The notes: a model not told the origin generated them from the sequence alone. DNA of 64,000 bases from an uncultured bacterium (GCA_963720265.1 CAVRET010000002.1:392704-456703), one strand, 5' to 3'. Counted from the stretch's first letter, positions 8,759-18,647 are shown. Numbers and translations are program-made.

Positions 8759-10075
8759 CTATTCGGGCTTGGGCGATTGGCCCGTTGGTGCAGCTTTCTT
8801 GGTTTTCTTCCGGCCTTTTGGCCGATTACTTATCTCGGCGAACTCTTCGGCCGAATACTTCACCCATAGAGCGTTATTTCCAGCGTCAAGTCTAAAGGAA
8901 GTCCGGCTTTTGTCTTGGTGTGGCTCTTTGTAAATACTCCGCATAGCATCTAGCACGAAGTCCAGTATTTGCTCCTGGGCGTCGGGACTTGGGAAACGGC
9001 GGGCCAAGAGGTCTGTATATGTCTCCAAGGACAGGGCCATCGCGGCCTTAAATGCGTATCGCTCAGATAGGTTGCGTTCTTTCAGGTACTGACTCCACGC
9101 AAGGCCAAATAAAACCAATAAGGGCGTGAGGTAGACCAGGCGTGTTAGGGCTATCTGTTGCAGCGTCTGTGTTCGATGGGTGAAGGCAAGTATTACTGCG
9201 ATACCGACGATCAGGATTGCAATACCCACCACGCCATTGAGCCAGCTGCCAGACTGTCGCTCGACTGCTTTGCGTCGTTCGTCAAAGGCATTTGCGAGTC
9301 CGGTGTCGGTTGCGAGTTTGAGAACTTTTTCGATCTGTTCCCGTAGGTTCTCGCTCTCACTTTTTGTGTTGTTTATAGCTTCGGAGTCAGTCTGAGCCTG
9401 ATCAAGAAGCTTCTTTATTGCCACTACATCACCCTGGGACTGCCCTTGGAGTGCTCGAATGTCGTCGGTAAGTGATTTAGACTCAGCACGCAAAGCCGTT
9501 ACCTGATCAATAGCGGCCTGGAATCCTGTCGAGGGCTCGTCAATCTGTGCTTTGAGCTCGATGAAAGCTTGATAGCCCGCCCTCATTTCGCCAAGGTTGG
9601 CCTTAACTCCAGACAAGTCGGTTTCGATTTGTTCGACGAGTGTCGTCGAACGACTTGCTTCACCTGTAATCTGGCGGATTAGCTCCGCGGCCTTATTTAA
9701 CACCGCCTGTAATCCAGCACCCGGTTCATCTATCTGCATTTGGAGCTGTTGGAAAGCCGCAAATGCGCTCGCCATCGTGCCCGCGTGTGTCTGGACCTGA
9801 GACAAGGTGGTTTGGATTTCGGTTAATGCAGCGGTGGCTTGGGAACTCTGAGCGCGGATTTGGGCAATCTCTTGCTCCACTCCTTCCAACTTAGCTTCAG
9901 CGCCGATTGTTGGATCTTCAACACGCTTCAGTAGCCCCTCGGAACGAGACAGGTAGCCGTCAAGCTTGGTAGCGATTTCTTCGGCACGATCTAAATCGCT
10001 TTGTACCTGCTCAACTTTGGCGGCAAGCTGTTTACCGACTACGTCTAGAAGCGCCTTTAACTCTTTCTGATTCAT
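8759..10075 (-). CDS. Coiled-coil protein with internal sequence repeats and two C-proximal TM helices
   Basis: Repeated blocks F(Q/I)QL(Q/K)(M/A)QIDEP(G/S)(A/T)G(L/F)QA; hydrophobic segments GVVGIAILIVGIAVILAF and LVYLTPLLVLFGLAW. Confidence 0.55.
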   Translation of the reverse strand: MNQKELKALLDVVGKQLAAKVEQVQSDLDRAEEIATKLDGYLSRSEGLLKRVEDPTIGAEAKLEGVEQEIAQIRAQSSQATAALTEIQTTLSQVQTHAGTMASAFAAFQQLQMQIDEPGAGLQAVLNKAAELIRQITGEASRSTTLVEQIETDLSGVKANLGEMRAGYQAFIELKAQIDEPSTGFQAAIDQVTALRAESKSLTDDIRALQGQSQGDVVAIKKLLDQAQTDSEAINNTKSESENLREQIEKVLKLATDTGLANAFDERRKAVERQSGSWLNGVVGIAILIVGIAVILAFTHRTQTLQQIALTRLVYLTPLLVLFGLAWSQYLKERNLSERYAFKAAMALSLETYTDLLARRFPSPDAQEQILDFVLDAMRSIYKEPHQDKSRTSFRLDAGNNALWVKYSAEEFAEISNRPKGRKKTKKAAPTGQSPKPE

Positions 10076-10416
10076 TGGGCACCAGGATAATAGCTTCCGC
10101 CATAGTAGGCTCTAAATAGGCAATCATCAAGCTTAACCGATGTAACTTGATACTGCACGGGCTATGACGGCCGTGGAATACGGAGCTCGAAAATCTCACC
10201 TCTCCAAACCACCAGATCCCCGCCGCTTAACTGGCGCGCTTAGAACCTGCAGGGTGCACATTTTACGGACATGACCTAAGCCCTTTCTCGTTTTGCAATT
10301 ATCGACGCATCAAACTGCCTGAGAGTGGTCTAAAAAGTACCCCGATTTTACCATAAGGATTTTAATCCTCAACGCTCGCTGTTGATCCCAGATTACAGAA
10401 CCGCAGCTGTACCGTA

Positions 10417-10980
10417 ATGTTACGCTATAACTGGGATTCAATAATTAAACTCGTCATGTGGAAAAGACTAAACTCCAAAACACTGCTTAACCACCCACGA
10501 CTCGTAGTTGTAGAAGATGAAGTCGAATTACCAAACGGTCAGATTGTCGATTATGTAAGATTCGACGGAAATCGTAGGAGCGTAACGGTTATTTGCGTCG
10601 AGCGGGACAAAGTCCTCATTCAGGACGAATACTCATACCCACCTAATGAAGTACTCAAAGAGTTTCCCGGCGGTGGAATTGAAGAAAGCGAAACTCCCAA
10701 AGAAGCTGCCAAGCGCGAGCTTATCGAAGAATGTGGTCTGCTCGCCCACAACCTCACTGGGCTCGGCTGGTATTACATCAATAACCGTCGCAGTGCCGAG
10801 AAAATGTATGTATATCTTGCAGACAACGTCACTAAACACAGAAAAACCGGCGGCGATCCTGAGGAGAACGCCCGACAATCTTGGGTAACTACCAACGAGT
10901 TAAGTAGCATGATTGCCGGTGGCCACATCACCAACTACTCAGTGCTCGCAGCGTGGGCAATATACAAGAGCAAGCAATGA
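10417..10980 (+). CDS. NUDIX hydrolase (ADP-ribose pyrophosphatase-like)
   Basis: Nudix box GGGIEESETPKEAAKRELIEECG. Confidence 0.8.
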   Translation: MLRYNWDSIIKLVMWKRLNSKTLLNHPRLVVVEDEVELPNGQIVDYVRFDGNRRSVTVICVERDKVLIQDEYSYPPNEVLKEFPGGGIEESETPKEAAKRELIEECGLLAHNLTGLGWYYINNRRSAEKMYVYLADNVTKHRKTGGDPEENARQSWVTTNELSSMIAGGHITNYSVLAAWAIYKSKQ

Positions 10981-11786
10981 TAACCGAGATATCTCTTATT
11001 TCCCTAAACATTGCTGGCTTCCCATTCCCACATCACACTCATGCCAGAGTAGCGGCGTTTTGTAGGTCAATCAAATCTTCCGATGCAATAGTAATAAATC
11101 TTCAAGAAGTACATACGTATGCCTTACTTTGGCAGCTCCGTAGGCGCCTGCCGCAATTCCCACACATCAGCTACAATCTCGGAATGCTAGGTCCACGAGC
11201 CGGGCTCGTCACATTCTCGAGACTTCCGATTCAAAGCCAGGACTTCTTTGCGCTCGCGCCAGCCACTAGCGTGCTACCGCACAGTAAACAACCGCCAAGA
11301 GCCATGATGGAGAGCAAGCATAAAGGGGTGCTCATAACACGACTAGGCTCAATGATTATTATGAACGCCCACCTCAACCCCAATATGGATGGCGATTGGT
11401 CGCGGGATAATCGCTTCTATCCGGTACATAACGTCCAGCTCGAAGCAGTCAACAAACTGGTTAATATGAAGTTCCCTGATTCAGTAATAATTCTGAGTGG
11501 GGACTTTAACTTGGCGAAAGACTGCGACTTATTTCCTCAGTTTGTGAATGACGGTAACTGGAATGACACCTTTTCCAGCGATCTGACGCCAACCTTCCAC
11601 TCTGAGTTTCTTAAACCCGGTAGAACCCCACACTGCATAGACTATGTATTATTCCGTGACCCAAAGAACAAATTAAAAGTTGAACAAACCGCATTCATGG
11701 CTGCAGATAAGATCAAGCTCAGAAACGGTGTCGAGTCGTATATCTCAGATCACCTCGGGTTATACGCCAAGCTGACAGGACTCTAG
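10953..11786 (+). CDS. Endonuclease/exonuclease/phosphatase (EEP) family protein
   Basis: INLQEVH, SGDFNL and SDHLGLYAKL motifs typical of the EEP fold; overlaps the NUDIX gene by 28 nt, so they form an operon. Confidence 0.7.
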   Translation: MGNIQEQAMITEISLISLNIAGFPFPHHTHARVAAFCRSIKSSDAIVINLQEVHTYALLWQLRRRLPQFPHISYNLGMLGPRAGLVTFSRLPIQSQDFFALAPATSVLPHSKQPPRAMMESKHKGVLITRLGSMIIMNAHLNPNMDGDWSRDNRFYPVHNVQLEAVNKLVNMKFPDSVIILSGDFNLAKDCDLFPQFVNDGNWNDTFSSDLTPTFHSEFLKPGRTPHCIDYVLFRDPKNKLKVEQTAFMAADKIKLRNGVESYISDHLGLYAKLTGL

Positions 11787-11857
11787 TGGGATTCGGGGAT
11801 CACCCCGGAGGCATTCGCACGTAGCCTCCAGGGTGATCCCGGCATGAGTTAAAGCCC

Positions 11858-12601
11858 CTACCGAGACCTGAATAGCTTCAACTCAAGGAACTTCGCGATC
11901 TGGACGCCCAGGTACTCGACCCAGCCGGGCACATGCTCGCGCGTCTTCGGAAGGATCCACTTGAAGAAAATATACACTGGGTACTTCCGCCTTCGGGCAC
12001 GGATGAACCGGTGGAACTCACGGTACTCTGGTACGTCGTGGAACCCTGCCCCAGACGCCATGATGAGCTTGGCCAGCCGATGTGCAACCGGCCAGTCCTT
12101 GTCTCGCATTACGCCGCCGTTTGTCACGAACGTGTGATATAGCGTATTAAGCTCAAGCGTCACGATCGTGTGCCCGAAAAAGCTCCGCTCTACTGGCCGG
12201 AAGAGGCTTGTTGGTACGGGCATACGAAGATTCCGATGAGTCAGGTACGAGAGCTTCTCATCGGGCCGGAAGTCGATGTGCACGGCTGACGGATGGATCT
12301 CGAGATTAATCGAGAAACCCTCCGCTGTAGCCAGCGCCCTCCGGTAAGGTTCGACACGGGGAAGATCAGCGTGGGGTATTAGCAGATCCACGTCAGGCAC
12401 CTGTTGATGGACGAGCCTTGCTCCCGGTCGGCCGAATCGAGCGAGTGCCGGGTCGTTAAGATACGAACTCGTGGCAAGGCTGCCGATAATTCGGTACTCG
12501 ATGCCGTGCTCTCGGAACCATGCTTGTATCTCATCAAGCTTCGCCAGGAAGAGCACTCGCAGCTCAGCTGGTGAAGCGTCCTCCAACGGTCGTTTTGGCA
12601 T
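11858..12601 (-). CDS. Hypothetical protein with a weak nucleotidyltransferase-fold-like motif (GS...DVDLLI)
   Basis: IIGSLATS....PDVDLLIPH resembles a Pol-beta NTase hG[GS]..D[hD] motif, but the spacing is atypical. Confidence 0.35.
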   Translation of the reverse strand: MPKRPLEDASPAELRVLFLAKLDEIQAWFREHGIEYRIIGSLATSSYLNDPALARFGRPGARLVHQQVPDVDLLIPHADLPRVEPYRRALATAEGFSINLEIHPSAVHIDFRPDEKLSYLTHRNLRMPVPTSLFRPVERSFFGHTIVTLELNTLYHTFVTNGGVMRDKDWPVAHRLAKLIMASGAGFHDVPEYREFHRFIRARRRKYPVYIFFKWILPKTREHVPGWVEYLGVQIAKFLELKLFRSR

Positions 12602-12627
12602 AATTATGTCTCTCCGCTCGGATGGGG

Positions 12628-13764
12628 TCAGCTTTGCCTGATCGACCGGCGCATGTCTTGCAGTAGGAATGTTTCCAACTGAGAGACGAGTGACGGGTGG
12701 TTTGTAGCGATGCCGACCTCTGACGTTCTACCGGCTAGGAAGCCGTTGAAGATGTTAGACCCGTAAAGGCCCCAGTCATCTGCCAGAAGTCCCTTGGCAT
12801 GTGTCATGCCGCCGTTTTCGCGGAACCGGAACACATGAACTCCGGCCGCTCCCATACGGTCAAAGTCGGCCTCGGTTGGCGCTAGGACTCGTCGGTTGTT
12901 ATGCAAAGGGGCTATCACCGACACATCAGCTCGCTGCTCGCGTGCCGACTCGCTAAGGACTCCTTGCATGCCAGAGCCCCACAAGTACGCTGACTCGATG
13001 ATTACCCGTCGCTGGGCCCGCCCAATAAAGAACTGGACGAGCGGCAAGATGAGTGATCGCCGGTATGAATCTGTGACTACGAGCCCGTCGCTATACGGCA
13101 CGATCCTACCTGGGTTGTACTCTGCCCACGTACGGTCGATGTCGTCTTTCAGTACGAGCACCACGTCACCGGTCATCTTGACCATGAAATCGTTCCAGGA
13201 GGCGTTATGCTCGGAGAGATTGATTCCGCCCGCATAGGCTACGGCTAGCTCTGGTGCGTCGCCGTCAATCACGACGATCTTCTTGTGGTTTCTCCTCAGA
13301 GCCCGATACTTCATGCGGCCAAGAGGATTAACCATGCGCACTTCAATACCCTCTCGGCGCATAAAGTCGATCAAGTGGAGGGTTGCCCTCCACTCCTCCA
13401 GGGTTTCCCGATAACGCCACGGCTGGAGGCGAGCGAGCAGTAGATACTCGTCGTTGTGGCTAAGGTTGATATAATCGTCGATGCCGAAACGGACTGGAAT
13501 ACCCGATCCTCTCGCCTCCATAAGGGCATGAGCCACCGGGAGTCCGACAGCGTCGGCCTCGAAAGTATGAAACTGGAGGTCGATTCGCGAGGAAGCTTGG
13601 CTAATCCCCGGAATCAGGTCTGCCAGGAATGTCTCGGCACTCGGCAGAAGCTGGTAGGTGCAAAGATTAGCCGGCGTTGCGGCATTGTGTGCGGCCAGAA
13701 GCGAAGCATACTCACCAACCGAAACGACGGTAACCGCACGTGCTCTTCGCTGAGTCATTATCAA
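12628..13764 (-). CDS. Phospholipase D (HKD) superfamily protein; cardiolipin-synthase/Nuc-like
   Basis: Two HKD motifs: NHKKIVVIDG...GGINLSEHN and THAKGLLADDWGLYGSNIFN. Confidence 0.8.
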   Translation of the reverse strand: MIMTQRRARAVTVVSVGEYASLLAAHNAATPANLCTYQLLPSAETFLADLIPGISQASSRIDLQFHTFEADAVGLPVAHALMEARGSGIPVRFGIDDYINLSHNDEYLLLARLQPWRYRETLEEWRATLHLIDFMRREGIEVRMVNPLGRMKYRALRRNHKKIVVIDGDAPELAVAYAGGINLSEHNASWNDFMVKMTGDVVLVLKDDIDRTWAEYNPGRIVPYSDGLVVTDSYRRSLILPLVQFFIGRAQRRVIIESAYLWGSGMQGVLSESAREQRADVSVIAPLHNNRRVLAPTEADFDRMGAAGVHVFRFRENGGMTHAKGLLADDWGLYGSNIFNGFLAGRTSEVGIATNHPSLVSQLETFLLQDMRRSIRQS

Positions 13765-13904
13765 GCTCCAAAAGCTTACTAAAAATAGCTAGACTGCTGC
13801 CTAGCTACCATCGTGTAAGTTCCAGATGCTCTTTTAGCATAAACCGCATAATTGGGCAAACGAAAAGCAATTATACCCGCCGATTAATTTAATGAACGCT
13901 AACA

Positions 13905-14261
13905 CTATGCACGCAAACTGGTTGCTCGAAGAGCAATATAGCGACCGCGATTGTCTCGAAGCTGAGTGGCAATATTTGGCCCGCGCGACCGCAGCTTTAC
14001 ACCGCTAACAGTTAACAATTCGGCGAGCCGCTCACGATTTATCCCGCTTAAACCGGCCAGCTCCCGAAGCGTTGTACCGGACTGGTAGGCGAGGACAAGT
14101 CTATTTAGCTCGGCCGCGCTGAGCTGCCTAGTTCGGTTCCGGAGCCGTATATGACGCCTTCTAACTACTGGCCACGATTCCCAGCCTTGTAGGTCCTGGT
14201 TAAGTTTGGCGCAAACTTCATATGCCTCGGCTTTCTGATAGCTCTCACGCAGAACCACCAA
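13905..14261 (-). CDS. Small HTH-domain protein, paralog A (putative element-end regulator or directionality factor); TTG start
   Basis: TLRELAGLSGINRERLAELL is an HTH-like segment. It is a paralog of 18276-18647, and its first ~45 nt recur at 14661-14704. Confidence 0.5.
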   Translation of the reverse strand: MVVLRESYQKAEAYEVCAKLNQDLQGWESWPVVRRRHIRLRNRTRQLSAAELNRLVLAYQSGTTLRELAGLSGINRERLAELLTVSGVKLRSRGPNIATQLRDNRGRYIALRATSLRA

Positions 14262-14658
14262 AGTACTTATGCTTATTTCCTGCTGTTATAATGTCTGGCA
14301 TGGCAAAGACATCATCGATGAAGAAGATACTGGGTGAGGTGGAGTTTTTGCTTGAGCGATATTCAAAGGAACGCCGAGCCACCACCCAGCCGTTTCTTCT
14401 CGAAGTCGTTCAACAAAAGTTTAAGGATTATCGGTATAATCCAGCAGACCTGCTAGTGCGTGAAACCCTAATCGAGCACGTGGGCTCTCTCCCGATAGTG
14501 GCAACGGCTCTCTTCCCGTATATCGATACCAGGATTGGACTTGGGTAAGGCGCTGTTATGCTTGCGTTCCGATATCGGCGAGCATGCCACCGGAGACGAG
14601 ATTACCTTTACCAAGAAGTCAGAGTCAGCAGCAGCTGAGCAACACGAAGCTCTCAAAT
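14255..14658 (+). repeat. Right (degraded) copy of the ~400-bp direct repeat
   Basis: Aligns to 3085-3492 at an offset of 11170. It carries 4 single-nt deletions and several substitutions after position ~14527. Confidence 0.9.
14291..14658 (+). pseudogene. Frameshifted 5' fragment of an HD-domain gene (duplicate of the 3121-3780 gene)
   Basis: Identical N-terminal 79 codons, then frameshifts; truncated at codon ~124. Confidence 0.85.
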
Positions 14659-14660
14659 AG

Positions 14661-14704
14661 CTAGGCCTCGGCGTTCTGATAGCTCTCACGCAGAACCACC
14701 AAAG
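14661..14704 (-). repeat. Third, orphan copy of the 5' end of the small HTH gene (encodes only ..VVLRESYQNAEA then a stop)
   Basis: ggcctcggcgttctgatagctctcacgcagaaccaccaaag matches 14224-14263 and 18576-18616. Confidence 0.7.
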
Positions 14705-14762
14705 TAGTTATGCTTATATCAGAATGACAGATTACGACCGACCTAAGGCTTATACTTAAAGC

Positions 14763-15374
14763 ATGGGCAAAGTAGGCCGAAATGATCCATGCCCGTGCGG
14801 CAGTGGAAAGAAGTTCAAGAAGTGTCATTATGGCGACTATGACAGTACTTTCTCACTCGAAGATACAAAACTGCCAGTCGTGACCTGCAGCGTAAATGAC
14901 GACTTTCAAGACTCTGGCTTAGCCGTCGTTTTTGTAGCTAGGCAGCATAATAACGGTCATAATTTGAACATTGTCTGCTATCTTTGCGACATATTTTGTC
15001 TCGGAGTTAAGAACGTTAGCAAGTACCCATCCTCGTCTATTCGCACCGTCGAAACCCTGCAAGAGCGCTATGATCTCGATTTTATGGACATCGATTATCA
15101 GGACGCACGGGACTTGATTTTAGGTAGCGTTCGCTACGCTGGCAATCTTGGGTTTCAACCGCATCGGGACTGGGAGCGAGCCGAGCACTTCATTGAGTCT
15201 GATCAGCCCTTCGATTCTAACCGCTTCTCTTACGGATCTGATGGACGGCCACTCTATGTCGCCGGACCTGATGACGATTATGATTACATCATGTCGACTT
15301 TGAGAGAATGCGTCGGAGAAGGTAGCTTTGAGTACGTAATCGAACCCGGTATGGGCTTTGATACAAAGATTTAA
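14763..15374 (+). CDS. SEC-C motif domain protein
   Basis: N-terminal [16 protein letters not shown] (SEC-C metal-binding motif); the rest is uncharacterised. Confidence 0.65.
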   Translation: MGKVGRNDPCPCGSGKKFKKCHYGDYDSTFSLEDTKLPVVTCSVNDDFQDSGLAVVFVARQHNNGHNLNIVCYLCDIFCLGVKNVSKYPSSSIRTVETLQERYDLDFMDIDYQDARDLILGSVRYAGNLGFQPHRDWERAEHFIESDQPFDSNRFSYGSDGRPLYVAGPDDDYDYIMSTLRECVGEGSFEYVIEPGMGFDTKI

Positions 15375-17572
15375 AATAAGCTCATTTGATCTGTGCTAAT
15401 CCGCCCCTTCTTGCTAGTGGCTGATTGTCGAGCGATGCCAAGACTACGATATGTCCGCAATCGCTTAAAATACATTGCTTTCAACATTGGTACCCTTAAG
15501 TCGCTGTAATCGTATACAAAAGTTTGCTGGGGTGATGCCGCCGCACTTCGCTGCAATCGACCAACGTACTGAACCACCTTGCCCTTATACGTGAAGGGGA
15601 AAACTAAAAACAAATGGGTCAGTTCCGGCCAGTCAAACCCTTCACCGATGAGCTTCCCAGTAGATATCAGGAGTTTAAAACGCTCCTGAGTAATACGCCT
15701 TCGCAGGCCTGCTCGCTCTTTTAGGGTGTTCTTCCCGGTCACAATTGCGGCATGCGTGCCTTTAGACCGCTGCCTGACCAGATCCAGCAGTATCTGACAG
15801 TGCTCCACTCGCTCGGTTAATACAAGGCACTTTGCGCCAGCCTCCAGCGCAGCTGCAATGTCATCAGCAATCATCTCATTGCGCTCGTTGTCAGCGATTA
15901 GTAGAGATGCTACCTCGTGAAATTCAGAGTTCCTTCGGCCAGCCAGTTCAAACTCAGTGGTCTTCACGACAAGAGACATAGTGGTAATTGGCTCCTGAGA
16001 AAGCTTCGAATCGCCTATCGGTTGGGTCTTGCTTGATACGCGTAAAATTGACCCAATGTAAAACTCCAGCATCCGGTCTAACTGATCTCGCCTCATGGCG
16101 GTTGCAGTTAGCCCCAGTACGTATTTCGCTTCGAGCAACTTGAGCACATTCGTAAATGTTCTGGCGGGTACGTGGTGGCATTCATCGATTATCACGAAAC
16201 CAAATGTGCTGCGGATATCCTCTACGCCGCGCCTATTGAGCGTCTGATAAGAGGCTAGCGTAACTTTACGACCAAGCTGCCATTTGCCTTCCCCAATGAT
16301 GCCAAGATCATCTTCTTTAAGGTCAAAGCACTCGCGAATACGTGTGGCCCATTGTTCAAGGAGTTCTCGAGTATGAACAATGATCAAAGTCTTCTGTCGT
16401 AGCTTACTCATACAGTAAAGGCCCACAATCGTCTTGCCGAACCCGGGGCCAGCTTCCAGGATCGATCTAGGTTTAGCAAGCAGTTCATTCGCAGCTCGTC
16501 GTTGCTCCGGCCGAAGCTTTATGTTCGATTTGACCCGCGTGACAGGTACAATCGCCTGTTGATCGTTGAAGGTTAGCTTAACCTTAGTCTTTTCGGCAAA
16601 CCCACTGATTTCTGTTAAAAATCCAGCTGGAATCAAGATGCCATCCTGTCCTTTTTCTATTGTGGTTATGTAGCGGGGTATGGCATGGGTTGAATAACCG
16701 TTACGCTGGCTCTCCAGGTACTTAGGGTTAGGAAAATTGAGCCGCGATTTTAAGAACTTATAGAGCTCTGCTGGCAACGAAGTCGCCGGTATATATATCT
16801 GGTTACTTAGTACAAGTTCAGCGTGAGATCCGTCAGCAGGGCTATATGCCAGATCTTCGTACTTGTCACATACGTCAGGATCAGCTTGCGGCTTCTCGGC
16901 AGTCGTGTCCGGTGGAGCCAATATGCGGTCTATAGTTAGTTCATCAACTTTAGTCATTGCTTTCAGGATGCTCCACTGGTCCGGATAAGCCTCCCCACGT
17001 TCATCTATAAAAGCTGCCCTACCGGTTGTGATCAGCTCCCCTTGCAGGGGTAGAGCGATCAAATTCCCGAATCCCCGACCAGTATGAAAATCCTGGCTAG
17101 GGAACAATCTATCGTAACTTTGCCGTCGCGTTATGCCCGCCCGCTCAAGTAGCAGTTGCCCCAACTGCCTTGCCTTGGCGCCAGGAATGGTTGTTTGAAA
17201 GAAGATCCATACATGGGCACCATCACCAGATCGTGACCGCTCAACGTAAGCCGGTATGGAATACCTTGCCGCGCTTTTACAAAACCGGTCGGCTTCGTGT
17301 AGCCAGTCGCCGTGGTCAAAGTCCGCAGCCATGAAATACGTAGAGTTTTCCTTAAGAAGGGGATATATGCCGATAGTAACACTGCCGTTCAGGTGAGCCG
17401 CGATAGTGGCATCTGTGAGACCTGCGGGCTGCTTGTTAATAGTGAACACCGGAGCGTATCCGATTCTATTAGCCGCTGGGTTTTGCCAAAGTTTGGCATA
17501 CACGTCAGTGCGCCCACGAAACAGTGAACGGTATAAGCTAATTTGCTCTGGGGTAATAACGCCAGTGTTCAA
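15371..17572 (-). CDS. Primase-polymerase (PrimPol/AEP-like) N-terminal domain fused to an SF2 DExH helicase
   Basis: N-terminal motifs AADFDHGDW and [13 protein letters not shown] (AEP catalytic motifs). Helicase motifs: Walker [16 protein letters not shown], and a C-terminal helicase domain. Confidence 0.7.
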   Translation of the reverse strand: MNTGVITPEQISLYRSLFRGRTDVYAKLWQNPAANRIGYAPVFTINKQPAGLTDATIAAHLNGSVTIGIYPLLKENSTYFMAADFDHGDWLHEADRFCKSAARYSIPAYVERSRSGDGAHVWIFFQTTIPGAKARQLGQLLLERAGITRRQSYDRLFPSQDFHTGRGFGNLIALPLQGELITTGRAAFIDERGEAYPDQWSILKAMTKVDELTIDRILAPPDTTAEKPQADPDVCDKYEDLAYSPADGSHAELVLSNQIYIPATSLPAELYKFLKSRLNFPNPKYLESQRNGYSTHAIPRYITTIEKGQDGILIPAGFLTEISGFAEKTKVKLTFNDQQAIVPVTRVKSNIKLRPEQRRAANELLAKPRSILEAGPGFGKTIVGLYCMSKLRQKTLIIVHTRELLEQWATRIRECFDLKEDDLGIIGEGKWQLGRKVTLASYQTLNRRGVEDIRSTFGFVIIDECHHVPARTFTNVLKLLEAKYVLGLTATAMRRDQLDRMLEFYIGSILRVSSKTQPIGDSKLSQEPITTMSLVVKTTEFELAGRRNSEFHEVASLLIADNERNEMIADDIAAALEAGAKCLVLTERVEHCQILLDLVRQRSKGTHAAIVTGKNTLKERAGLRRRITQERFKLLISTGKLIGEGFDWPELTHLFLVFPFTYKGKVVQYVGRLQRSAAASPQQTFVYDYSDLRVPMLKAMYFKRLRTYRSLGIARQSATSKKGRISTDQMSLF

Positions 17573-17675
17573 TAAGATATCCTAAGCCAAAATACAGATA
17601 CATATTATACCCAAAAGTCTATCCAACATATCTGGTAAATGGTATAATTAGACTAATTAAACGGTAGCAGCGGGT

Positions 17676-17870
17676 ATGGCAGCACGAGATTGGCGAAAGC
17701 TTTACCAACAATATCGAGGACAGTGGGTCGCTCTCAAAGAAGATGAGATCACCGTAATTGCTAGTGGCTCAACGCTAAAAGGAGTACTCGCTGAGGCGGC
17801 AAAGCTTAGCTATCCCGATCCGCCTCGCGTAACCAAAATGCCATCTGACCTGCGGGTCTTCGTAGGTTAA
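17676..17870 (+). CDS. Small protein (64 aa), possibly DUF5678-like; partner of the downstream protease
   Basis: Stops 4 nt before the start of the next ORF; no catalytic motif. Confidence 0.4.
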   Translation: MAARDWRKLYQQYRGQWVALKEDEITVIASGSTLKGVLAEAAKLSYPDPPRVTKMPSDLRVFVG

Positions 17871-17874
17871 CGGC

Positions 17875-18261
17875 TTGAAGTTTAAATACGTCCAGTATTC
17901 GGGTACGGTCGTTCGTCCTGTTATTCCAATACGAGTGAGCAATGGCAAGCAGACAATAGCCTATGATGTGCTTGTCGATTCCGGTGCGGACATTAATGAC
18001 TTCGATGCAGAACTAGCTGAAGTGCTCGGTATTGATTTGAAAACTGGCGTACCGGCCGAGGTCATGGGACCAACTGGCTATCCTGCGGAAGTGTATATTC
18101 ACCCCGTTAAGCTAACTGTCGGCGAGCATACATTTACAGCTCAAGTTGCATTTATGCCGACATCAAATCCATTTGGGCTTGCCGGGCAACGTGGTTTCTT
18201 CGACCAATTTGAGATCAAGTTTAATTTACGTGAGCAAGAAGTAGAGCTTACAAAACTTTAA
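17875..18261 (+). CDS. Retropepsin-like (clan AA) aspartic protease
   Basis: LVDSGADIN is a D(S/T)GA catalytic motif; the 128-aa size is typical of retropepsin-like domains. Confidence 0.65.
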   Translation: MKFKYVQYSGTVVRPVIPIRVSNGKQTIAYDVLVDSGADINDFDAELAEVLGIDLKTGVPAEVMGPTGYPAEVYIHPVKLTVGEHTFTAQVAFMPTSNPFGLAGQRGFFDQFEIKFNLREQEVELTKL

Positions 18262-18275
18262 GGCCGTAGCGTTAA

Positions 18276-18647
18276 TTAGGGCGCCCCCAAATATCTGCCT
18301 TTCTCATCCCGAGGTTGGATGGAGCTATTTGGTCCGCGAGGCCGTAATTCGACTCTAGAGGCCCGAATCAGCAATGCTAACCGTTCCCGATTGATACCAA
18401 ATTCTTGAGTCAATTCTCGTAATGTACGCCCAGCCCGGTAGGCGTCAGTTGCTTTGGCGAGTGTCTCTTCCGCCAGATGCACCGAACGACGTCTCACGCG
18501 TTTAGCTCCACAAGTTCGTGCGCACCAGTTACTCCGGTCTTCCAGATCTTGGCTCAACTTTGTATATTGAGCATAGGCTTCTGCGTTCTGATAGCTCTCA
18601 CGCAGGACCACCAAAGAATTATCAGTGTTCCTCACCCAGCGGCTCAT
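18276..18647 (-). CDS. Small HTH-domain protein, paralog B
   Basis: LVVLRESYQNAEAY...TLRELTQEFGINRERLALLI; paralog of 13905-14261. Confidence 0.5.
   Translation of the reverse strand: MSRWVRNTDNSLVVLRESYQNAEAYAQYTKLSQDLEDRSNWCARTCGAKRVRRRSVHLAEETLAKATDAYRAGRTLRELTQEFGINRERLALLIRASRVELRPRGPNSSIQPRDEKGRYLGAP

Larger units (their letters stand above)
3091..14658. mobile_element. Putative integrated element/genomic island at the tRNA-Met 3' end, bounded by ~400-bp direct repeats
   Basis: DR-L 3091-3492 and DR-R 14255-14658. Contains a large serine recombinase, Replic_Relax, iteron-like repeats and cargo genes. Confidence 0.55.

Noticed and set aside
10076-10416. AT-richer 340-bp intergenic region checked for a CRISPR array, tRNA or rRNA
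   Set aside because: No direct repeats of 24-40 bp with regular spacing and no cloverleaf. Only a short palindrome (aggatt-tta-aatcct) is present, and it is probably a promoter/operator region.
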